Assembly: GCA_028711445.1 (NCBI GenBank) | Contig: JAQTSD010000002.1 | Coordinates: forward strand, 27,044 to 91,043 | Reading direction: 5' to 3' | From: Candidatus Peribacteraceae bacterium | GTDB lineage: Bacteria > Patescibacteriota > Gracilibacteria > Peribacterales > Peribacteraceae | DNA length: 64,000 bases | Part shown: positions 42,603 to 51,400 of the stretch, one piece after another | Numbering within the stretch: the first letter of the stretch is position 1 | How the letters are laid out: the number at the start of each line of letters is the position of its first letter | Program-made: the position numbers and the translations under genes | Notes under the pieces: model-generated | What the model saw: only the letters and a program-made list of their open reading frames with translations | What the model was told of the DNA's origin: nothing | The model's database searches: none

Positions 42603-44933
42603 ATGAATTCTCCCCCGTCTCCTTCCGATGCAGTATCCGGCACCACTGCAGAGCACGTTTATGCCACAGCACGGAAACTTCTCGGGGAGGATCGTTTATT
42701 CGTGATCGTTTCCAATCGCGAACCCTACGAACATGTATCCAAAGGGGGACGCACTGTCGCCCAGCGCACCGTGGGAGGTGTAGTGAGCGCTTTGGATCCG
42801 CTCATGGAACGTTTGGGTGGAACATGGATTGCCTGGGGGAGCGGCGCAGCTGATCGCAGTATGGTCGATACCACGGACGGCGTGTTGCTTCCTCCGGGGA
42901 AGGAGACATATAGGCTCCGGCGGATATGGATGAGCGAAGAGGAAGTGGAACACTTCTATCGCGGTCACGTAAATCAGACATTGTGGCCTCTGTGTCACTC
43001 CGAAACAGAGAAAGTGCGCTTCCGCCGGCAAGAATGGGATGTATATCAGACCATCAATCGCCGGTTCGCAGAGGCTGCTGCGGAAGAATTGAAAGAGAAG
43101 AAAGGTGTAGTTTGGTTTCATGATTACCAGTTTGCCACTGCACCGGGAATGCTGCGGGATCTCCTCCCGGAAGTTACTATTCTTCAGTTCTGGCACATTC
43201 CCTGGCCTCCGTGGGAGATCTTCCGACGCCACCCGCAGCGTCGAGCTCTTCTCGAGGGGCTCCTCGGTTGCGATCTCATCGGTATGCATATCGATCAGTA
43301 TTGTGACAACTTCCTGCAGTGTGTCGAACGCGAATTACATTTGCCCGTAGATTGGGAGAAGGGGCATGTCCTCGTCGGGAACCGGATGGTGCGGATTCGG
43401 GCGCTGCCGATCAGTATCGACGCGCAGCATTGGGCGGATCTCGCCGCATCGGTTCCTGTGCAGCGCGCACTGGAAAAATATCGTACTCTCTATGCGCCTG
43501 CGGGTCGGGCAATTGGTATCGGCGTGGAACGAGCCGACTACACGAAGGGGATTCTATTGCGTTTGCATGCGCTTGAGTTGCTCTTCGAACAATACCCGCA
43601 GTGGCGGGGGACCTTCACCTTTCTGCAGGTCACTCCATCCTCTCGCAGTGCCATCCGCGCCTATGCGCTCTTTCAGCAGGAGATGATCCGTGTTGTCCGC
43701 GCGATCAACGCGCGCTATCAGACGGACACGTGGAAACCTATCGTGCACATTCGCACTGCCATTCCGGAGAAAGACCTCGCCGCTCTGTACCGTCTCGCGT
43801 CGATTGGCGTCGTGAGCGTACGGCAGGACGGCATGAATCTCGTTGCCAAGGAGTTCGTCGCTTGCCGTACCCACGAGGATGGCGCCCTCGTCTTGAGCGA
43901 ATTTGCGGGGGTCTCGGAGGAGCTTCATGAGGCCATTGCTATCAATCCGTATGATGTAGAAGGATTTGCGTATGCGCTGCATCAGGGTCTCAGTATGCCT
44001 GTTGCGGAACAACATACCCACATGCAGCGTCTACGCGAGCATCTCTTCAGTCATACCATCTACGATTGGGTGCAGGATCTCCTCGAAGAAGTCGCGGCAG
44101 TACAACAGGCGCAGGAAGGAGCCGGTTCCGCAGAGCCGCTGCTTGATCATCTCGATGATCTGCAGGAACGTATGGCGAAGCATCGGCATTTCGAGCTTTT
44201 CTGTGATTATGATGGTGTGCTGACATCCATTGCTCCACGTCCTCGTGAAGCGCGCTTAAATGAGCGCGTGCGTGATCTCCTCTGCAAGTTACGTGACAGC
44301 GCGTCCGTGCATGTGAGCATCATCAGCGGACGCATGCTTACGGATATAGTGGAACTGGTGTCCATTGAGCGTCTCACTTATGCGGGTAATCACGGACTGG
44401 AAATCAGCGGACCGCGCGTGAAGAGGATTCATCCGGATGTCGAACGTGTACACGGTGTACTCAAAACCCTCTATGACACATTACGTTCGACGATGCGCCC
44501 TTTCCCCGGTGTCCTTGTCGAGGACAAGGAGCTGGGTATCGCAGTGCACTTTCGTCTCGTGCCGACCGAACAAAGGCAGGACGTCGCAAATGTGTTCTAT
44601 GCGCAGGTGCAGCAAGCAGTCGACGAGGGATTACTGCGTGTGACGACAGGAAAGTTCGTCCTCGAGGTTCGGCCGAATGTCGCATGGGATAAGGGAACTG
44701 CTGCACTATGGCTCCTTGAGCAGCTTCATGGAAGCGACTGGCGTGGTCGCGTGCTGCCGTTCTATCTCGGGGATGATGAGACGGATGAAGATGCGTTCCT
44801 CGCGTTGCTTGGCAGCGGGGTGACGATTCGAGTGGGGGATCGGCGCACAGAGCCCACGGCTGCGCAGTATGTTGTGAGGGATACGGGAGACGTAACGGTG
44901 TTTCTCGAGTGGTTGGCGCAAACGGTACGGTAG
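42603..44933 (+). CDS. otsAB: bifunctional trehalose-6-phosphate synthase / trehalose-phosphatase (OtsA-OtsB fusion)
   Basis: GT20 region (VSNREPY...GGVVSAL...WFHDYQF...WHIPWP...GVERADYTKGI...RQDGMNLVAKEF) and a C-terminal HAD phosphatase (LFCDYDGVL...YLGDDETDEDAF). A TGc-TATGCT box is upstream. Confidence 0.88.
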   Translation: MNSPPSPSDAVSGTTAEHVYATARKLLGEDRLFVIVSNREPYEHVSKGGRTVAQRTVGGVVSALDPLMERLGGTWIAWGSGAADRSMVDTTDGVLLPPGKETYRLRRIWMSEEEVEHFYRGHVNQTLWPLCHSETEKVRFRRQEWDVYQTINRRFAEAAAEELKEKKGVVWFHDYQFATAPGMLRDLLPEVTILQFWHIPWPPWEIFRRHPQRRALLEGLLGCDLIGMHIDQYCDNFLQCVERELHLPVDWEKGHVLVGNRMVRIRALPISIDAQHWADLAASVPVQRALEKYRTLYAPAGRAIGIGVERADYTKGILLRLHALELLFEQYPQWRGTFTFLQVTPSSRSAIRAYALFQQEMIRVVRAINARYQTDTWKPIVHIRTAIPEKDLAALYRLASIGVVSVRQDGMNLVAKEFVACRTHEDGALVLSEFAGVSEELHEAIAINPYDVEGFAYALHQGLSMPVAEQHTHMQRLREHLFSHTIYDWVQDLLEEVAAVQQAQEGAGSAEPLLDHLDDLQERMAKHRHFELFCDYDGVLTSIAPRPREARLNERVRDLLCKLRDSASVHVSIISGRMLTDIVELVSIERLTYAGNHGLEISGPRVKRIHPDVERVHGVLKTLYDTLRSTMRPFPGVLVEDKELGIAVHFRLVPTEQRQDVANVFYAQVQQAVDEGLLRVTTGKFVLEVRPNVAWDKGTAALWLLEQLHGSDWRGRVLPFYLGDDETDEDAFLALLGSGVTIRVGDRRTEPTAAQYVVRDTGDVTVFLEWLAQTVR

Positions 44934-45117
44934 AGGGTCGCTTGCTCCTTGGGTATCAATAAACAACAATCGTTCCCTGTACGAGTTTGAAGAAGGGGAA
45001 TCAGTACGTCAGGGATCTTCTCTTCCTCGTCGCCATTCTCTCGGCGGTGAAGTTGATTCTGGGGGTGGTGTGAGACGAGAGAATTGAGCAAGAGAAAAAG
45101 CAAATGGCACAGGCGTG

Positions 45118-45669
45118 TTACAAAATATATGGAATAAACATTCTCACCTTCTTCTTGTATGCGGCATATGACTCCGGAAATATCGTAGCCAGCAAGGTCT
45201 CTTCCTTCCGTGCACGCAAGTACAGACCAATGAGGAGGGCGAAGAACAGGAGAAAACCCTCCAGATGGCGGTACCATAGGATGGTTCCAAATGTCAGACA
45301 GGAGAATCCCGTGTAAATGGGATGGCGAACGAAGCGGTACGGACCGGACCGGACAAGCTCGTGACGCTCTTTGAGCGTGAGATCCGCGCTCCAGTTGCGA
45401 CCGAGACTTGTTCGCGCCCAAATTTCAATACCCGTACCAAGAATGACAAATACCAAAGCCACGTCATCAAGTACAAACGAATCTGTCCATAGCAACAACC
45501 CCGTATATCCGAGACGGGCGAGAATAGTGTACGCGATGATGAGAAGATAAAGAAAAATTCTCTGCCATTTCCAGCTTTGTCTTACGAGAGTCCTCTTCGC
45601 TGAGAATGCGGCGAAGGAGGCGTCCAAGAACGGATGCACACTCAAAGTCTTCGTCGGTGCGCGGAGCAA
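45118..45669 (-). CDS. isoprenylcysteine carboxyl methyltransferase (ICMT/PEMT) family membrane protein
   Basis: LVRSGPYRFVRHPIYTGF...RKEETLLATIFPESYAAYKKKV is the characteristic ICMT-family C-terminal motif. The first ~26 codons are antisense to the pyrK fragment, so the true start is uncertain. Confidence 0.75.
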   Translation of the reverse strand: MLRAPTKTLSVHPFLDASFAAFSAKRTLVRQSWKWQRIFLYLLIIAYTILARLGYTGLLLWTDSFVLDDVALVFVILGTGIEIWARTSLGRNWSADLTLKERHELVRSGPYRFVRHPIYTGFSCLTFGTILWYRHLEGFLLFFALLIGLYLRARKEETLLATIFPESYAAYKKKVRMFIPYIL

Positions 45670-46072
45670 AGATCACCTCCTCTACCTCCCGGCATTCAAA
45701 AAATTACCGCGCACGACCCTGCACGTCTCGACCGATGACGGGTCGCAGGGATTCAAGGGTTTCAATGTGCAGCTGTTGGAGCGGTCACTCAAGGAGAAGA
45801 AATCGGCATTCGTCGATCAGATCTTCGCCTGCGGGCCGGAGCGGATGCTGAAAGCGGTCTCCGATCTCTCCTTCGAGATGAAGATCCCCAGCCAACTCTC
45901 TCTGGAACGGTACATGAAGTGCGGTTTCGGCCTGTGCGGCAACTGCGTGGTCGATCCGCTGGGTATCCGCCTCTGCACCGATGGGCCGGTGGTGCGTAAT
46001 GACATCGCGCGAAAGATCACGGAATTCGGGAAGTATTGTCGGGACGATCTTGGCCGAAAGCATTCATTTTAG
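45590..46072 (+). pseudogene. pyrK: 5'-truncated, diverged second copy of the pyrK 3' half
   Basis: My in-frame translation is ...LFAENAAKEASKNGCTLKVFVGARSKDHLLYLPAFKKLPRTTLHVSTDDGSQGFKGFNVQLLE...QIFACGPERMLKAVSDLSF...LSLERYMKCGFGLCGNCVVDPLGIRLC...ITEFGKY...*. It aligns with residues ~125-276 of the intact PyrK (34073..34903). No N-terminal FAD domain and no start context. Confidence 0.8.
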
Positions 46073-46128
46073 GGTTAGGATTAGGGGGATGCTTTCGTCT
46101 TATCCTAACCCTAACACCTAACCCTAAA
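46069..46128. repeat. hairpin made of TTAGGG/CCCTAA-like units
   Basis: TTAGGGTTAGGATTAGGGGG...ATCCTAACCCTAACACCTAACCCTAAA. GGGTTAGGAT (46072-46081) pairs perfectly with ATCCTAACCC (46102-46111). Confidence 0.4.
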
Positions 46129-46142
46129 CTGGCACTCCCCCC

Positions 46143-46171
46143 TTGCGAGTGCCAATTTCCCATGCTAGACT
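46143..46171 (+). promoter_or_regulatory. mini-gene promoter, copy 2 (-35 TTGCGA, 17 bp, -10 TAGACT)
   Basis: TTGCGA at 46143-46148 and TAGACT at 46166-46171. Confidence 0.6.
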
Positions 46172-46203
46172 CAAGGTCCTTCATTTCTTTCCCCGTTTCC
46201 CCT

Positions 46204-46260
46204 ATGACCGGTGGCGATAAAGGCGGCGGGTGTGGCGGCGGCTGCTGTGGCTGCTGCTAA
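46204..46260 (+). CDS. 18-aa Gly/Cys-only peptide MTGGDKGGGCGGGCCGCC (mini-gene copy 2)
   Basis: It differs from copy 1 by one substitution (GGT to GAT) and two 3-nt (GGC) insertions. The frame, the stop and the C-terminal CCGCC are preserved. Confidence 0.55.
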   Translation: MTGGDKGGGCGGGCCGCC

Positions 46261-46295
46261 ACCCCTCGAGCGGCTCTCGCTCGCATGATCTCGAA

Positions 46296-46316
46296 GGCGG
46301 CCCGTGGCCGCCTTTT
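46296..46316 (+). terminator. rho-independent terminator of mini-gene copy 2
   Basis: GGCGGCC-CGT-GGCCGCC followed by TTTT. Confidence 0.75.
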
Positions 46317-46383
46317 CATGACGGTTTCTTGTCCCTCCTCTTGCGCCACTGTTCCCGAAGAAGTTCTGAGGGGGGGCTATTGT

Positions 46384-46411
46384 TTGACATGTAAATAGAA
46401 CATGATTTAAT
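46384..46411 (+). promoter_or_regulatory. sigma-70 type promoter (-35 TTGACA, 16 bp, TGa-TTTAAT); ATG 8 nt downstream
   Basis: TTGACA at 46384-46389, TG at 46403-46404, TTTAAT at 46406-46411, ATG at 46420. Confidence 0.5.
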
Positions 46412-46419
46412 GCTCCGCT

Positions 46420-48108
46420 ATGGCGAAGCGGACTCCTGACCATGAACCGGGCCAACCCAAGAAGAAGAAATTTGGACCTCATCTGCGTTTGGAGGCTCTC
46501 CTTGCGAAGGAGTGCACTATCGAAACGAGCAGGCTTTCTGAGTGCAATCAGCTCGATATTTGGAGACACCAGAGAGAACGACTGATTTGTGACTTGGCAT
46601 TCATTGGTCTCGATCAGGGCGACCATTCCGAAATAACAGTTGCCGATCTTCATGATCGCGAAGAACTCATTGAGGCTCTTCTGGATCTTGTCCATAGAAA
46701 CCGTTTCAACCCCGATGAAAGCAATGATGTGTTGGGGATGGATCGCCATGCAATCGAGTGTGAGTGCGGTATCAAGTTCGGGAAAAGGTTCTGGTCAATG
46801 CGAGAGCCATTCATCGAGAACTGGCAAGGACGGTACCGTCCTGATGCGGCGCGGCGCGAACTATTGAAACGCGTGATCGAGGAGGAGAAGCAAACGGAAG
46901 AGAAAGATCAATGGCCGCTGGAAGACCGTGTATGGGACTGGGCACAGTGGTACTTCCGCGGTGGATGCCCGCGAGAGGTGGAAGTTCCGGAGGATCAAGA
47001 TCCCGAAGAAGTTCTTCGCATACTTGATCGGGATTGTGCATTCATCGAGCAGCTCTCTTTATCAGAGTCTGATTGCGGAGAGGCGATTCGATCATTGATA
47101 ATTCAATTTCTCAGTGGCGAATACCCGATTGTCACCAGCGAAGAGGATCCTGTATCTGAGGAGGCCATGCTCGGAGTCGCCGAAAGGATTGCACGGGCTC
47201 CGGATGCAGCTTTCCTTGGCGAAGGTCTTCGTGGTATTGCAGTTTCAAATGTGATGAAGCGGTATCGGGAGTATCTTGCACAGGGTCTCAGTTTCGAAGC
47301 GGAAGAGGCGAAAAGAGGAGAGGAGCAGCAGGCAGAGGATCGCATGCTTCTTCTCAGTCGCGAACGAGCGCAGAGAGAATATGATGTCGAATCTGCTTTT
47401 CTACAGAGTTTGAATCTTCCCGATTATGAGGCGCAGCAATGGCCGGAATTACTTCGGTGTGCTCTTTTACGTGGTGCAATACATATCGATCCAGCCTACC
47501 GTGAACGCGTTCATGGCCATGTGCGATGTTTCATCGGGAGAATGCCATGGCCCAAAGAGGAGCTCCCGGGAGCCGATCCATGGGGTCCATTAGGGCAAAT
47601 GCTGGCGAGCTATTGGCATGGTCATTACTACCCCGACAACTTACGGTGGAGGATTCTCCAGGAAGAATGTGCGAAGCTTCCACCGGGTTTTTCTGAAAGA
47701 AGGGGCGGGCTCTCGTCCATTGTTTCTACCTATCTATTACATGTCATGTTTATGGAAGGGTGTGCGAACGATGGTGCCAAGGTTGGTGCTTCTCAGGATC
47801 CGGAGATGCTCGAAATGGCCTATGCAAATGATATGCAACTCATTCGCAATCTCGGACTTCCGGATGACCTCTTCCGGGAAGCGGAATGGGGATATAACGA
47901 ATGGCTGCTTGGGGGGAATTTTATGCTCGCCGCCGATCGCGAATTGCCGGAGGATAGGGATAAACTTGCGAGACGACTGGCTGCTCGTCTGGAGGAGAGT
48001 GGAGGAGATCCTGCACAAGTCAGTTCATACTTCGTGAGCCAGATCCTTCAGGAGTTTTGTGAACATTGGCTCGCAGTTTCCAAGCGTCCAGCGCCTAGGA
48101 AGGAATGA
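46420..48108 (+). CDS. hypothetical acidic protein (562 aa)
   Basis: Long uninterrupted ORF behind a near-consensus promoter. It is rich in Glu/Asp/Trp/Cys, has no TM segment, and I recognise no family. Confidence 0.6.
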   Translation: MAKRTPDHEPGQPKKKKFGPHLRLEALLAKECTIETSRLSECNQLDIWRHQRERLICDLAFIGLDQGDHSEITVADLHDREELIEALLDLVHRNRFNPDESNDVLGMDRHAIECECGIKFGKRFWSMREPFIENWQGRYRPDAARRELLKRVIEEEKQTEEKDQWPLEDRVWDWAQWYFRGGCPREVEVPEDQDPEEVLRILDRDCAFIEQLSLSESDCGEAIRSLIIQFLSGEYPIVTSEEDPVSEEAMLGVAERIARAPDAAFLGEGLRGIAVSNVMKRYREYLAQGLSFEAEEAKRGEEQQAEDRMLLLSRERAQREYDVESAFLQSLNLPDYEAQQWPELLRCALLRGAIHIDPAYRERVHGHVRCFIGRMPWPKEELPGADPWGPLGQMLASYWHGHYYPDNLRWRILQEECAKLPPGFSERRGGLSSIVSTYLLHVMFMEGCANDGAKVGASQDPEMLEMAYANDMQLIRNLGLPDDLFREAEWGYNEWLLGGNFMLAADRELPEDRDKLARRLAARLEESGGDPAQVSSYFVSQILQEFCEHWLAVSKRPAPRKE

Positions 48109-48235
48109 CCAAGGCAATAATTCGTAGAGGCAATAAGCTCTGCCACTAGTGGTTCGCGACGGAATTTCCTCTATACTATGCGATGTGTCATCCTGAGCCT
48201 GTCGAAGGGTCGACACACCGTTGTTCTTTGAGCTA

Positions 48236-48310
48236 GGCCCTATCGTCTAATGGTTAGGACATCAGGTTTTCAGCCTGAGAATCGGGGTTCGATTCCCCGT
48301 GGGGCTGCCA
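48236..48310 (+). tRNA. tRNA-Glu (anticodon UUC)
   Basis: Manual cloverleaf fold. Acceptor stem GGCCCTA/TGGGGCT (two G-T wobbles), D arm GTCT/GGAC, and anticodon stem TCAGG/CCTGA with loop TTTTCAG (anticodon TTC). T arm CGGGG-TTCGATT-CCCCG, with an encoded CCA. Confidence 0.9.
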
Positions 48311-48460
48311 TTCTGCGTCGCAAGCTATGCAGAATGGCAGGGGGGTGGTCTGCGAAGCTCTCTGCTTTGCGTAGCTTCGCAGCGCAAAGCGCGGAGTATG
48401 ACCTTGGAGTTGCTGGAATAAATATTCCGGTTGATCAGCTATAACGCTATAGTCTGAAGC

Positions 48461-51400
48461 ATGTCTAGTGATTTGATGGAAGATCCCATTCTAAACTCGC
48501 CCTACAATGAGCCGAGCAGACATTTTGGTGCTGACGAGAGAGGTCTGACGCAAGAAGTAGTAGAGAGTCGCCGTCCAAGTAGTTTCTACATTCCAGTCCC
48601 GAAAGCAAAGACGAAGCAGAAGCAACTCGACTTACATCTTGCCGAGGGTGCCTTCGGGAGTGAGTTGCAAAAAGAGAATGAATTTATTAACAAGGTCAGA
48701 GCGAAGATAAAGGAGTGGCGAGCGATCGGTTACTCAGGAATCACCAAGGCCTCGCGCGATCTGCTTATGTATTGGAAAGATGAATCGAGAGATAACAAAT
48801 TATTCTATTGCCAAATCGAAGCATTAGAAACATTGATGTACATCAATGAAGTCGCGGAGAAGTCTGGGGACAGTTGGATTATCAATGAACTCAAGAAAGC
48901 AAATGCAGACGCCAATCCTGGTCTGTATCGATTGGCTTTCAAAATGGCTACAGGATCGGGCAAGACTGTTGTCATGGCAATGATCATTGCCTATCACACA
49001 CTGAATAAAATCCGCTATCCGCAGGACACGCGTTTCACAGATGCATTCGTCATTGTGACGCCGGGCATCACGATTCGTGATCGTCTCAATGTTCTTCATC
49101 CAAATGATCCACAGAACTACTACCGCTTACGCAACATTGTTTCCTATCAAGACCTAGAACTCTTACAACAGGCCACGGTTCACATAACAAATTTCCATCA
49201 GCTAGAACAACGACAGAACCAACGTTTTCAGGTGGGAGGTGTATTGAAAGCCGCCAAGCTGCTTAAGGAGGAGGCAATGAAAGAAACCCCCAGTGCGATG
49301 GTGAATCGTGCATTTAAGAGTGTTCTCTCCAAATCGCGTGTGCTCGTGATAAACGATGAGGCTCATCACTGTTACCGCGAGAAACCCAGTGAACAGAAAC
49401 TCTCAGGTGAAGAGCGGAAGGAGGCTGATGAGAATAACAAGGCAGCGCGGGTCTGGATCAGTGGATTGGAAGCACTAGCGCAAAAGATCAATATCAATGC
49501 GGTTATTGATCTCTCTGCCACACCGTACTTCCTCAGTGGTTCTGGTTACGCCGAGGGCACATTATTTCCATGGACTACGTTCGATTTCTCCCTGTTGGAT
49601 GCTCTTGAATGTGGAGTTGTGAAGATCCCACGCCTTCCCATCGAATCAGACACCATCTCGATTGATGATGAGCCAGAATTTCGTAATCTGTGGCTCCACG
49701 TTCGCGATAATTTGCCAAAAAAAGGATTGAAAACTGGAAACTACGATCTCTCTGTACTTATCCTTCCAACGAAGCTACAAGAGGCATTGGAGTCCCTCTA
49801 TGGAAACTATGAGAAGTATCATCGGGAGTATGAGAAACAGAAAAAAGGAAATCCTGCGGTGATGCCACCGGTGATGATTGTCGTATGTAATAACACGACA
49901 GTCTCAGAGCTTCTGTACCGCTGGATTGCAGGATATGAGAGGGAGACTGCAAGTGGTCAGATTAAGATTGAGAAAGGTAATCTCGAAATATTCCGAAACG
50001 AAGATGGCGTTCGTTTCTTTGATCGGCCTAGCACCCTCCTCATAGATAGTGCCCAGATTGAGAGTGGAGAGAAGATTAGTGATGAATTCAAAAAGATCTT
50101 CACCAAAGAGATCGCTGATTTCCATAAGGAATACCACAAACGTTTTCCGGGTCGTGAAGATCCAACCGATGAAGAGCTCTTGCGTGAGGTGATGAATACC
50201 GTAGGTAAACCGGGGAAGCTTGGAGAAAACATCAAGTGTGTTGTTTCAGTATCCATGCTTACCGAGGGATGGGATGTGAATACTGTCACTCACGTTCTCG
50301 GCGTTCGCGCATTCTCAACACAGCTCCTTTGTGAACAGGTCGTGGGCCGCGCTTTGAGACGAGTGGATTACAGCGTTGATGACTCAACAGGGCTTCTTTC
50401 TCCTGAGTACGCAGAGGTATATGGGGTGCCATTTAGCTTCCTGAAAGCAACGGGGCCCACGCCACCACAGCCGCCGAAGGTAATCCACAGAGTACGTTCT
50501 CTTCCTGAGCGAGAGGATCAGTACCAAATTACCTTTCCACGTGTTGAAGGGTATCGATATGAACTTAACGAAACCAAGCTCTCTGCTCACTTCACCGAGG
50601 AATCAAAAACCATTATTGAGAATGAACCTACTGAAGTGACCTTAGGTGGTCTCATTGGCAAAGAGGAAAAAGAGATGCTCGAAAAAATTAAAGAGCGCCG
50701 TGAGGGAGAGGTCATCATTCGATTGGTACAGAGTCTGCTAAAACGTTATTACACAGATGCAGATGGCAGTGAAAAGTATTGGCTGACACCAAAATTGATG
50801 AAGATTACTGAGGAATATGTGAAGCACCATGTCATCCTGAAAGACCGCATGGTAATTGGTTATCTCTCCGTCGGAGCGTATTTCTCTGGTGCACTCACAA
50901 AGATTCAACAGGCTATTGTGACGGATAATTTAGAGAGCCAAAAAGACAGGAAGGTACTGCCGATTCTGGCCCCTTACGACACTCTTGGATCAACGCGTTA
51001 TGTAGATTATCTGACAACGAAAGAGGTTCGCGAAACGGTGAAGAGTCACATCAATTATGTGGTCGCTGATACGCAAGAGTGGGAGCAGGGGGTTGCGAAG
51101 AAGCTGGAACAGATGCCAGAGGTTCTAGCCTATGTAAAAAACCAGAATTTGGGCTTCACCATTCCCTATGAACATCAGGGCGCAGCTCATCAATATATTC
51201 CCGACTTCATAGCTGTCCTGAAATTGCCTGATGGAAGTAAGTTGAATTTGCTCATCGAAGTAACAGGGAAAAAAGACGACAAGAAGGCGACGAAGATCAA
51301 GACGGCCCGTGAGCTTTGGGTACCTGCGGTCAATAACAATGGGAAATTTGGAGTTTGGGCAGTGATTGAAATCCAAGACATCCATGAGACACAGAATCTC

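Noticed and set aside
34904-46072. Calling the pyrK-bracketed segment a bona fide integrative mobile element.
   Set aside because: No integrase, recombinase, transposase, conjugation or phage gene, and no clean direct repeat, could be identified. It is reported only as an accessory or rearranged segment.
46069-46128. TTAGGG-type repeats as a genuine telomere, or as evidence of eukaryotic contamination or a linear replicon end.
   Set aside because: Only a few degenerate units are present. They are arranged as an inverted repeat embedded between bacterial genes with bacterial promoters and terminators on both sides.
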